Below, piece by piece: positions 53,403 through 64,000 of a DNA stretch of 64,000 bases. Position numbers and translations under genes: made by a program. The stretch is from the NCBI RefSeq assembly GCF_009914755.1, contig NC_060932.1; one strand, given 5' to 3'. The notes beneath the pieces were generated by a model. It had not been told where the DNA came from and searched no databases. It worked only from the letters and a program-made list of their open reading frames with translations. The stretch's first letter is position 1; each line of letters opens with the position of its first letter. The stretch is from the human T2T-CHM13v2.0 reference genome, Homo sapiens.

Positions 53403-53479
53403 GGGTCCTTCATCTAAATTTAAAATGTGGGAAATTAATTAAAAATTAGCCTGCCTTCCAGCTAAAGTAAGAATGTGAG

Positions 53480-53775
53480 AAGAGCTTCTCCATCTTTAGG
53501 TCTCAAAAGAGGTTTTACATCCCCTGAGAGGACCACCACGTCTGAAGTACTCCAATCCAGCCCCATGCCAGTCTCTCCCTGTTACATCATTGGACCCCTG
53601 CATGAAAACATCTTATTTATCAGATGTCTCCCCCTCCCACATGAGAACAGCAACCACCTTTGCTTGGTTTAGTCCATAGTTAACAAACTTAGTACAGAGT
53701 CAAGCATATATTTTGTTGAGAAGAAGGTGGATGGATATGGATGGATGGAGGAATGTATGAATGGATGGATGGATG
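53480..53775 (+). mobile_element. L2 3' end with (GGAT)n tail
   Basis: TGTCTCCCCCTCCCACATGAG; CTTAGTACAGAGTC; TTTTGTTGA followed by GGAT repeats. Confidence 0.55.
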
Positions 53776-53884
53776 ACATTAAAGTACAACTGAATTTGAT
53801 TTTCTATTACTACTCTGGGAAGTAATTTAAGTTTTGGGAATTAAGGGAGATACATATTTTGTTTTCATAAAAAAGCATTTCTTA

Positions 53885-54150
53885 AACTGTGTTTTTTCCA
53901 AGTCTAGTGTTCCTTAAGACATCAGAAGTGTGTCATGGATGATTGAGACATGCTGGTTTAAATGAAATTCACCATAATTCTTCACTGCAATATTTCCATA
54001 AGACCCTCATTTGTTAAATGGAGCACAGTGAAACTGCAACATTATGAAGTGTTTCCCAAACTTACTTGACATAAAATTCTCCTGTTTTCCTCTCAGATCA
54101 CCCTATGATGTATTAGGTTTCCATGAGAAACGTTTTACAACACACTGAGT
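53885..54150. mobile_element. hAT-Charlie-type relic
   Basis: GTGTTTCCCAAACTTA and TTCCATGAGAAACGTTTTACAACACACTG terminal-like motifs. Confidence 0.35.
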
Positions 54151-55383
54151 CTTAAAATTATTAGGCATTCTTATTATTATTCTACGGTTACATAAATGGA
54201 TCATTAAATTGGCATTACCTGAAGCAGAACAAATGAAGCCAAATTAGATGCCCAAATCATAGTGAATATTATGGCTGGGTTAGATTAATGTGAAAAGCTT
54301 TTCTCTAGCCAGGATAAATTTTAATTTTTATCCTATGTAGAATTCCATGATCGCTGAGTAATACACTGCAACCTTTTGATAACTGAATGATTCATCGTGA
54401 TAAGAAATGCTTGCAGAGGAAGCTCCCATTTTATTGTCATTTATGTGGAATAATTAATTAGCACTGTACACTGTCATAAGATGTCCAATAAAGTTCTAAC
54501 TCATAAAGAAATTCAGAGCATTAGGAAGGTGAGCAGCATAACTAGTTGCAACGCCTTACCACTGTAGTGTTTCAATTGGACAACATAATGGACTGTTAAA
54601 GGCAGTGCATAACTTCTAAACTTTAAGAATGTTTAAGCACCTCATGTGTTCAAGTTCCTCTGTTAGACACAGTAGCTTACTCCTGGTGACCTTCTTTGCC
54701 TAGAGGGTGGGACTTACCTGTGTCTCCCCTTTAATTGATGTTAGGGTTTTTCTGGGAATTACATGATTCAATGGCAGCACCTGTTTGCATGGGACAGCAC
54801 ATTGCCACATACATATCACCCAAGATCACAGAGGTTTACTTGCTTTAACCTGCTTCTGCACAGTACCCTTCTATTTAAAAGGAGAAATCAGGCTGCAGAG
54901 GAATACCAGAGAAAGACTGTAACATTCACAAATGTATAATTTTGTACCAAGATACGTATTTTACTGAGGAAATTAAAATGTGAGGCCAAGAGTCTCTGGA
55001 TGTTTGCTTACATCTAAATGAATGTCTGGATTGTTTTTTTCTCTTTACCAAAAGATTGTGCCATTATGTGGTCAAGGCCTGTAAAGAAATCCTTAGCAAT
55101 CTGAATTCTAAAAATTTTGACTCAATTCCAGCATTCAATTAAATGAATGATAGTTGCAAGAAACAAACAAGCAATTATTGGTTTAAAACTGGCCAGCTTT
55201 AATCAACAACTGACTAAAGATAATATTTTCATGGGATCATGTGCTCCAATTTTCTGAGAAGACATTTGGTATCTACTCATGTTCATATTTTATAACTGTA
55301 GTAATTATCTTTCACTCTCAATAGTTTTCCTAATTAACATTTATGTTCTCTTCTGTGTCTCAGGTAAAAATTCAGTTTTTCAA

Positions 55384-55660
55384 TTAACTTTATTAAGCTA
55401 TAATTAGTGTATATAAAATACACATATAGTTTAAAGGTACAGTTCAGTAAGTTTTGAAAAATCTACACATCTGTTTAGCTACCATCCCAATCAAGACTGA
55501 GGTTTCTATCACTCCAAAAAATTCCCTATGGTCCGTTTTCAGTGAATCTTCCTCATCCCCTGCTACAGGCAACCACAGATCTGGTTTTAATAAATACAGG
55601 TTAGATGTGCCTGTTTTAGTACTTCCTATTAATGGAATCATACCGTACATTTTTTTCACA
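55384..55660 (-). mobile_element. L1MB/ME-like 3' end fragment
   Basis: AACTTTATTAAGCTATAATT; TTTCTATCACTCCAAAAAATTCCCT; CAGGCAACCACAGATCTG; AATGGAATCATAC. Confidence 0.8.
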
Positions 55661-56807
55661 TAAAAATTAATTAAATCTTGCCCCTTATTCCATCTCTGTG
55701 GTTAGAATAAGGATTTTTCATGACATGGAAGCTGTTGAATATAAATACATTGGATAATTCTTTCTTTCAGATTTGTTTCCTGAGACTCTAGTCCATTTTC
55801 TGCAAATGCCTTTCTTGGAGAACATCATCCACCAAATTTAGTAGGTTGCCCAACATTATTTATAGGCTGTAAATCATCTAAAGAGTTTTTCTCCCCCTTC
55901 CTTTCCAAAATTTAATCAAAATCTCTACTTCTCAGCCAGAAGAAATATTTATAGTAAGCATTTGTGATCTGTCTAAATATGTGATAGTGCTGTGTTTTTT
56001 ATTAAAATTTTAATAGGCTTTTTTAGTCTGACTTATCCCCAAAACCCATAAGAACACTCATACCATTTCCGTGTCTTCATATTTGTAATAATCCGTTTCT
56101 TAAACTTTGAAACATTCTCCTCATAACTCATCTTATTAGCCTGTATTTCATGCTTGGTTTTTTTGTGGGTTTTTTTTAAATCACAGTTATACCAGTGGAA
56201 ACTTAATATTTTCCCTTAAAATAGAAAATTCTGAAGCACACTCATCATCATCAATTCTGATACACACCTCAACAATTTGCCTGCATATGCAAATAAAGAG
56301 CAAGTTGTGTTTGAAAGGGGAAGGGGATAAAAAAAGAAAAAAAGAAAATGATGCTTATTGCACTGTGGTTAGAATATCCCAGCCCTGGATTGTTTTGGAA
56401 CTAAGGGGAAAAAAGACACAAACAGCAATGTAAACATGACTGTCAACACCACCATCCGAATCGTTCCCATATGGCTAATGTGTGTCAACAAAGCAATCTC
56501 TTTGTAAGCAATACAACATAAAATTACAGAAGGATGCTGCCAAAATCTTGCTGCGTGCAACCTGCCCCCACACTTCAGGAAACAGAGAGACTCCCTGAAC
56601 GTGGGAGAGGAAGAATGGGAGCTCTGACCCTGAGGATGGGCCTGAAAGCCAAGACCACACAGGAGGCAGAAGCATGAACTACTGGGTGGTGGTTTATGGT
56701 TTACCCATTTCAGAGGTGCACCTCAGTCAAGAGCCAGAGACAAGAAAGTGTCAGAAGGCAAGTGACAATAGTCATCAAGGTGGTAATTGCCATAATGTGG
56801 CTATATA

Positions 56808-57607
56808 TTATTATTTTTATTTTATTTTAATTTCTGGGGTAAATATGCAGGATGTGCAGGTTTGTTACATAGGTAAATGTGTGCCATGATCATTTGCTGC
56901 ACCTATCAACCCATCACCTAGGTATTAATCTCAGCATGCAGTAGCTATTTTTCCTGATGCTCTCCTTCCCTCCACCTCCCCCACCCCTCAACAAGCCCCA
57001 GTATGTGTTATTCCCCTCTCTGTGTCCATGTGTTCTCATTGTTCAGCTCCCACTTATAAGTGAGAACATGTGGTGTTTGGTTTTTCCATTCCTATGTTGT
57101 TTTGCTGAGGATAATGGTTTCCAGCTCCATCCATCCCTGCAAAGGATATGATCTTGTTCCTGTTTTATGGCTTAATAGTATTCCATGGTGTATATGTACA
57201 TTTTTTTATCCAGTCTATATTCGATGGGTATTTGGGTTGATTCCATGTCTTTGCTATTGTGAATAGTGCTGCAATGAACATACATGTGCATGTATCTTTT
57301 ATGTCTTTTATAATAGAATGATTTATATTCCTTTGAGTATATACTCAGTAATGGGATTCCTGGGTCAAATGGTATTTGTGGTTCTAGATCTTTGAGGAAT
57401 CGCCATACAGTCTTCCACAATGGTTGAATTAATGTACGTTCCCACCGACAGTATAAAACTGTTGCTATTTCTCCACAGCCTCGCCAGCATCTGTGGTTCC
57501 TTGACTTTTTAATAATCGCCATTCTGATTGGTGTCAGATAGTGTCTCATTGTGTTTTGATTTGCATTTCTCTAATGACCAGCGATGTTGAACTTTTTTTC
57601 ATGTTTG
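56808..57607 (-). mobile_element. L1PA (PA8A/PA10-like) 3' fragment
   Basis: GCAGGATGTGCAGGTTTGTTACATAGGTAAA; ORF2 C-terminal remnant MRHYLTPIRMAIIKKS...CWRGCGE. Confidence 0.93.
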
Positions 57608-59648
57608 CAAAAAGTAGGTGTACTCTTAAAATGGAGGATATTATCTTACAGTCTTCATCGGCATCATACTATGCATCTGTGGATGAATTTTTCTATTAGT
57701 TTGTGACTACATGATTTATGTTTCACAAAGAAGGGAAAATGATAGACAGTCACTGAGAAAGTTCTCAAGCATAGAATACAAACATCTGTTGCTGTGTATA
57801 AAACAAACAAAAAATGGAGATGGATGTAGTAACATTGTTTTTCTAAGGAACTGTTTTTACACAATAGAAAATATTCTCCAATCATGGACATAATGAAGAA
57901 TTTGTTTTCTTATTTTTTCTTTTTCAAAATACAGGGCTTTGAATTCAAAGTCTTCAATTGTGACTTTCAAAAAAAAATAAGAGAAAGTCATTCTCATTAA
58001 TGAACATAGTGATTATTTTTAAATACCTAAGTACAAATTATTTTGCTAACATAAATTAGCAATCAAACCTAACCACTTTATGAAATGCTGAACTGGATTC
58101 AGAAAATATTGTAACTACAAACAGAATTTAAGAAAGGTAACAAAAGAAGTAGAATTTGAGCCTAATACTATAAATCTAAGTCCCTTGATGACACTGCTTT
58201 CACCAGAATAAAATGTTAAATATACATACAATTTCCTTAATAATATCCACTCTGAAGTGAACTATGGAAAGAAAAGCAATTGACCATGCTGAGAATTTGC
58301 ACTTGTACTGCATCTCTCTGCATATGTTCAGAATCATGGTCCTGAGCAGGCTCCATGTTCCCGAGTGATTTTTAGCAGGCTACCTTAGCTCAAGTTATCA
58401 GAAACAGATGACAAACCGCTAAAAATATTTCTAAATAATGCTAAAGCAGCAACAGCCCAGCTGAAGATCAGCTGACTCATCAAGTTTGGTGAATCCTACT
58501 GAGAAATGCTAAAATAGACTAACCTTTGGATCAACTGTTTTGCTATGCAGCTTCATCAGAACTAAGGTTCTTGCCCCAAATAGGAGGGTAGAAAGACATT
58601 GGAGAGGCTCAAGGACACAGTGTTCATATCGACAGAGCTCAGACTCGTTCCTCTCTTCTAGGCACACAGAAGGGTGCACGGAGAGGGTGAAGCAACCACC
58701 TATGCCTTAAGTATAATATTGGAACAGAAAATTGTAACAGAGCCTTTTTTTTTTTTTTTTGCCATTACTCATCGGGTACTGAGAGATGAGATGATAGAGC
58801 TGGCCACAAAGAAACAACAAAAAAAAGGATTGAAAGACATTAAATCAGAATTGTGATTGTCTGAACTAAGTAGACAAAACAATGAACAATGTCCAAAATA
58901 CAAATTGAATTAACAACTCTACTGAAAATTGGGAGAAAGGGAAAGAGAAAAAGAAGGCACCTTTACCTCTCAATAATTTCCTCCCACTGACAAGATGGAC
59001 TCCATTCCCTATGCTAGCATTTTGTATAATAAGATCTCCACTTTCTGCTACTAATAATGATACCTGCAAGAAAGAAGCACAGAATCTTCCACCCTATCAA
59101 ACCACAAATCTGAAACTGTCATAAAAAGCACCAATAATATTTATTCTGGGTATTTCCAACAGTAATCTCTTATGAGTGTAGGCACAACTTTACAAGAAAA
59201 ACTACTCATATAAAAATTTTAAACCATCTGCAAATACTTGATTTTTTAAATAAATTTTTAATCCTAACTACACCAATCCCTGACCCTTCCAATATTTATA
59301 CATCAATTTAGTTTGGGTCACATCTAATGTTCTCTGAGAGATTTTCTTTCTGACCTTATCCAAAGGACAATATTATTGTCTTATAGTCCCCTTATTTTTT
59401 CATGATTAAGCAAATTCATTCTTTATGTATTGATTTTATTGTTGATACTGTTATTTTATCTTTAAATTGTCAGACATTGCTTTGTCCCACACCATTGTTG
59501 CCAAATTGTAACCATTTTTTTTCTACTCAGCAACTAAAATATTAAATGTGAATGAAATAAGTGTGTTATTAGGTCCTGTGGGTTCCTTCCAAGTAAGACT
59601 AAATCTCCCATGTAAACAAAGTGTTGTCCTATAAAAATCTAATCTGAA

Positions 59649-61018
59649 GTCAGGTAGCGTGATGTCTCCAGCTTTGTTCTTTTTGCTTAGGATTGTCTTG
59701 GCTATAAGGGCTCTTTTTTGGCTCCACGTGAAATTTAAAGTAGCTTTTTCTAATTATGTGAAGAATGTCAATGGTAGTTTGATGGGAATAGCATTGAATC
59801 TATAAATTACTTTGGTCAGTATGGCCATTTTCACAATATTAGTTCTTCCTATCCCTGAAGATGGAAAGTTTTTTCCATTTGTTTGTGTCCTCTCTTATTT
59901 CCTCAAGCAGTGGTTTGTAGTTCTCCTTGAAGAGTTCCTTCACATCTCTTGTTAGCTGTATTCCTAGGTATTTTATTCTCTTTGTAGCAGTTGTGAATGG
60001 GAGATCATTCATGATTTGGCTCTGTTCTTGTCTATTGTTGATGTATAGGAATGCTTGTGATTTTTGCACATTGATTTCATATCCTGAGACTTTGCTGAAG
60101 TTGCTTATCAGCTTAAGGAGTTTTGGGACTGAGATGATGGGGTTTTCTAAATATAGAATCATGTCATCTGCCAACAGAGACAGTTTGACTACTTCTCTTC
60201 CTATTTGAATACCCTTTATTTCCTTCTCTTGCCTGATTGCCCTAGCCAGAACTTCCAATACTATGTTGAATAGGAGTGGTAAGAGACGGCATCGTTGTCT
60301 TCTGCTGGTTTTCAAGGGGAATGCTTCCAGCTTTTGCCCATTCAGTATAATATTGGCAGTTGGTTTGTCATAAACAGCTCTTATTACTTCAAGATATGTT
60401 CCATCAATCCTAGTTTATTGAGAGTTTTTAACATGAAGAGATTTTGAATTTTGTTGAAGGCCTTTTCTGCATCTATTGAGATAATCAGGTGGTTTTTGTC
60501 ATTGGTTCTGTTTATGTGATGGATTACATTGATTTATTTGCATATGTTGAAATAATCTTACATCCCAGGGATGAAACTGATCCAAATGCCCATCAATGGT
60601 AGACTGAATGAAGAAAATGTGTAACATATACACCATAGAATACTATGCAGCCATAAAAAGGAATGAGATCATGTCCTTTGCAGGGACATGGATGAAGCTG
60701 GAAGTCATCACCCTCAGCAAACTAACACAGGAACAGAGAACCAAATACTGCATGTTCTCACTCATAAGTAGGAGTTGAACAATGAAAACACATGGACACA
60801 GGAAGGGGAACAATGAACACTGGGGCCAGTTTGTGGGTGGCAGGCAAGGGGAGGGAGAGCATTAGGACAAATAGCTAATGCATGCAGGGCTTAAAACCCA
60901 GATGACGGGTTGATAGGTGCAGCAAACCACCATGGTACACGTATACCCATGTAACAAACCTACATGTTCTGCACTTGTATCCTAGAACTTAAAGTAAAAA
61001 ATAAAATAAAATAAAATA
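59649..61018 (+). mobile_element. L1PA8-like insertion with 5' inversion (antisense 59649-60580; sense 60581-61018)
   Basis: TSD ATAAAAATCTAATCTGAA (59631-59648) / ATAAAAATCTAACCTGAA (61019-61036); RT remnant on the minus strand (ORF 59839-60315); sense 3'UTR and A-rich tail. Confidence 0.95.
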
Positions 61019-61453
61019 ATAAAAATCTAACCTGAAAGGTGTTTCTCAAGTCCAAATCACTCCTCAGTTCTATTAAGCCTTGGGCAATAATTTCTCTTTA
61101 AATGACAACCCCAAACTCATACTTTTTTAAAAATTGAAGATCCTTAAATTAGAAAATAGCAGTTACTCCCTATTCTCTCACATATTGTAATGTGCATTAA
61201 ATATTATAGGCCAAAACTCTCAGTATATTTGTCAAAAAATGAAATCTCATATGTAGAATGAGTTAGCAGTTGGGGAGCAAAATATCACATTTACCCATCG
61301 GAATGCCTCAGGTTCAGTAGATGTTTGAAAATAAAAGGAAAGTAATTTATAAAGCCACATGCTATGTTCCTCAATATTCCATAATCAGTAGCAATACCTC
61401 AGGGATTAAATAAATGAAATGCTGCCATGCTTAATCTGCATGACACAAGGGAG

Positions 61454-61695
61454 GCAGCAGAGTGGAGTGGATATATGGACATGTCATGGGCTCCATACAG
61501 AGAGATGTTAGAGCCGTGACTCTGCTACCTATTCACAGTGTGACTCCAGGGAAGCTATTTAATCTCTCTGAGCCTCAGCTTTTTCACCTATAAACTGGGG
61601 ATAGTTATTCCCACTTCATGGGTTTATTTGTGAGGGATAAGTGAAATGAACCTCATAAAATTCTGGCACATAATAAGTATCTGATAAATGTTATT
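61454..61695 (+). mobile_element. MIR (near full length)
   Basis: TGTGACTCCAGGGAAGCTATTTAATCTCTCTGAGCCTCAGCTTTTTCACCTATAAACTGGGGATA. Confidence 0.88.
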
Positions 61696-61794
61696 TCTCT
61701 CTCCTTCCACATAAGCCAAATGTGTTTACCATGAGTTAGAGTAAAGCAAATGGAACAAAATTTATAAAGACTGGAAATTCCATCTCCTCCCACT

Positions 61795-62275
61795 CTGCAT
61801 CCTCCTCCCTCTGCTCCAGCCACCTCGCTCTTCCTCCTTATAGCACGTGTCCACCTCAGGGACTTTAGACTGGTTTCTCTTCTTCCAGGAACACATTTCC
61901 TTCCCAACATCCACACATATCGCACCTCTTACAGGCCGTGGCTGAAATGTCACCATCTCACCAAGGACACGCTGTGTAAAATGGCCACACACACCCTGCT
62001 TCTTCCTGCCTCACACCCCTCATCACTCTTCACTCTACCCAGCGCTGGACTTGTTGGTTTCTTGGTATTTTTTTTTTCATAGCACTTACCATGCTCTAAC
62101 TTCATTTATTCACTCAATCATTCATTCTTTTATTCTTTAGGCTTACTCTTTATTGTCAGTCTTCTCTGCCACATTAATATCAGTGCCATAGAGCAGGGAT
62201 TTTTGCCTGTTTTGCTTAATGATGTATCCCAAGTGCCTAAGACAGCATAGTATAGGTGTTCAATAAATACTTTTT
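61795..62275 (+). mobile_element. L2a-like 3' end
   Basis: CTCTGCTCCAGCCAC; GAGCAGGGATTTTTGCCTGTTTTG; TATCCCAAGTGCCTA; TCAATAAATA. Confidence 0.82.
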
Positions 62276-62384
62276 TCCTATTTTGCACTTTATAAGATTA
62301 TGTAAAGCTATAGACGACAAGGTTAAGCCTAGATGTCTCAGTTTACCACATCTGCATATATTTTTAATGTTTTCTTAAATTTTT

Positions 62385-62525
62385 TCAAGTTTTTAGCATA
62401 ATTTTAGACTCAGAGAAAAGTTAAAAATAGTACCTCGAGTTCCCGTATATCTTATATGCAGCTTCCCCTAATGATAACAGCTTACGTAGCCATGGTACAG
62501 TTGTCAAAACTAGGAAAATAAGGTT
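62385..62525 (-). mobile_element. L1MC-like 3' terminal fragment
   Basis: ATAATTTTAGACTCAGAGAAAAGTT...CAGCTTCCCCTAATG...GTCAAAACTAGGAAA. Confidence 0.7.
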
Positions 62526-63404
62526 CAATAAATACTTTTTAAACAAATGAATAGTTATAAAATACCAAGACATCTATGAATTTCATGGTCATGTGTTTAT
62601 GTCATTGACCCAGAATAGATGGTAACATGAACAGAATGTCCTAAAATTGTTTCACTTCCTCTCTGTTTTCTTTCATATAGCGTCATCTTAGAAATCCTTT
62701 CTCTGTGAATAACACGTTTGTTGAAGGACTTGTGTAGGTAGATGTGCAAAAGATTTTCCCATCAGAGATGTCTAGAAGACTACTGAAAATCTCCAGTAAG
62801 AAAGCTTTCAAAACTCTTCTAAAAATGTCCTGTGAATGTCTACTAAATCACCAGCTGAAAAGAAATGCTTCTTCACTTCAGAAATAGCAGGATAAAGCAC
62901 ACAGAGAACATATAACATTATTCTTAACGAGAAGCTTGTTTTGTCTCTAACATTTAAATGTTTACTCAGTGCCCTGGGAAATGGTTCTAGAATGTCAAGG
63001 TGTTGACAAATTGCTAAGGACTGTGCTAAACATCCTCATTAGCTTAAGCTTAGATAAAGTAACTCACAAAGCCGCCCCCATGCTTCACAGTTTGTCAGCA
63101 GGGGATTTGTGTACAACAGCTATAACTTTTCCCAGCCCACAGCAAAAGCAGCTGGAAGAGGCAAATGCATGATGGCATTTGATCTGTGACTAAATTAAGC
63201 TTGATGGTACAGCTGAGGCTTTTGCAACTGCAAGATATTCGGCATTCGCAGGAGCTGCGACTCCTCTCCCTGGGAACGTCTAAGAGTATTATAATCATGC
63301 CTGGTTCTGGTCTACCCTTCTACAGTCAGTCTCTCCACCTAATTCTCCATCTTGTATGGCCTCTGATGTTGTTTCAGTTCAACTCATTTCATCCACTAAT
63401 CCAA

Positions 63405-63625
63405 GAAACATTTAGACACCATTTGCCAAAAAGATTTACACATTATTTCATTTAATTCTCACCATGACCCTAAGAAACATTACTATTTCATTTAATATAT
63501 AGAAAAGCTGAAGTTCAAAGACCTTAAGAAACTTGTCCACAGTAATACTGCCAGCAAGAGGCACAGCCAGTACTCAAACTTAGACTGGTGTGACTCGGAA
63601 GCCATTAACCTTTCTTTCTATGTTC
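63405..63625 (-). mobile_element. MIR
   Basis: TTTCATTTAATTCTCAC; AGAAAAGCTGAAGTTCAAAGACCTTAAGAAACTTGTCCA. Confidence 0.7.
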
Positions 63626-64000
63626 TGCTTTCGTTCTGCTGCATTTTAAGAAAACTAAAAATTACTAAGGATTTTCCTTCATTTCAAATGATCTTATGAA
63701 ATCAAATAAATTTGGTAAATTGATGCTTATTGGGCAAGAGTACTGTATAATTGAGGCTGAGCAAAATTAATTGGTGCTTGACATCATGAATTTGTCAGTA
63801 TGTTAGAAGGAGACGTGGGGAGCATAGAATAAAGGAGAGACATTTTGTCTTTTTTTCAGTGGAAGATGGAGGGCTAGAAATGAGAAAATGGGCCCTTAGG
63901 TTGAACTCCAACCTCATAAAGATGTTGTGAAGACCAAATGAAATGTTATACAATAAGAGAGAGTGCTGTGTGTGTGTACAAAGGGGAGGCATTTCTCTCT

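Noticed and set aside
59839-60315. Reverse-transcriptase-like ORF (LADD motif) as a possible retron/DGR-type RT
   Set aside because: It is a fragment of L1 ORF2 within a TSD-bounded L1 insertion; the other RT-like ORFs (21605-21997, 41630-41932) are likewise L1 remnants.

Overview
This is primate (probably human or great-ape) nuclear DNA, AT-rich and dominated by transposable-element remnants: Alu, MIR, L1, L2, MaLR/ERV LTRs, Tigger1 and MER20. I find no intact protein-coding gene, RNA gene or CRISPR array. The ORFs I could assign are decayed L1 or Tigger1 fragments or artefacts of repeats and low-complexity DNA; the others show no recognisable homology. Main architecture: (i) a ~1.06 kb polyadenylated orphan retrocopy that splits an MLT1 LTR (5.9-6.9 kb); (ii) a ~20 kb nested stack, L2 > old L1 > L1MC > Tigger1 > Alu, plus a full-length antisense L1MA (12.3-32.1 kb); (iii) a full-length L1PA13-like element with a solo LTR12 in its 5'UTR and a younger L1 3' end and an AluS inside ORF2 (34.5-44.0 kb); (iv) a ~600 bp locally templated AT-rich insertion inside a MIR (52.6-53.3 kb); (v) a twin-primed inverted L1PA8-like insertion (59.6-61.0 kb). 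I see no evidence of a new multi-gene system. The most interesting signals are retrotransposition and repair scars and a possible LTR12-driven non-coding transcript. Repeat subfamily names come from recalled consensus sequences, not from a search, and boundaries of old elements are approximate.
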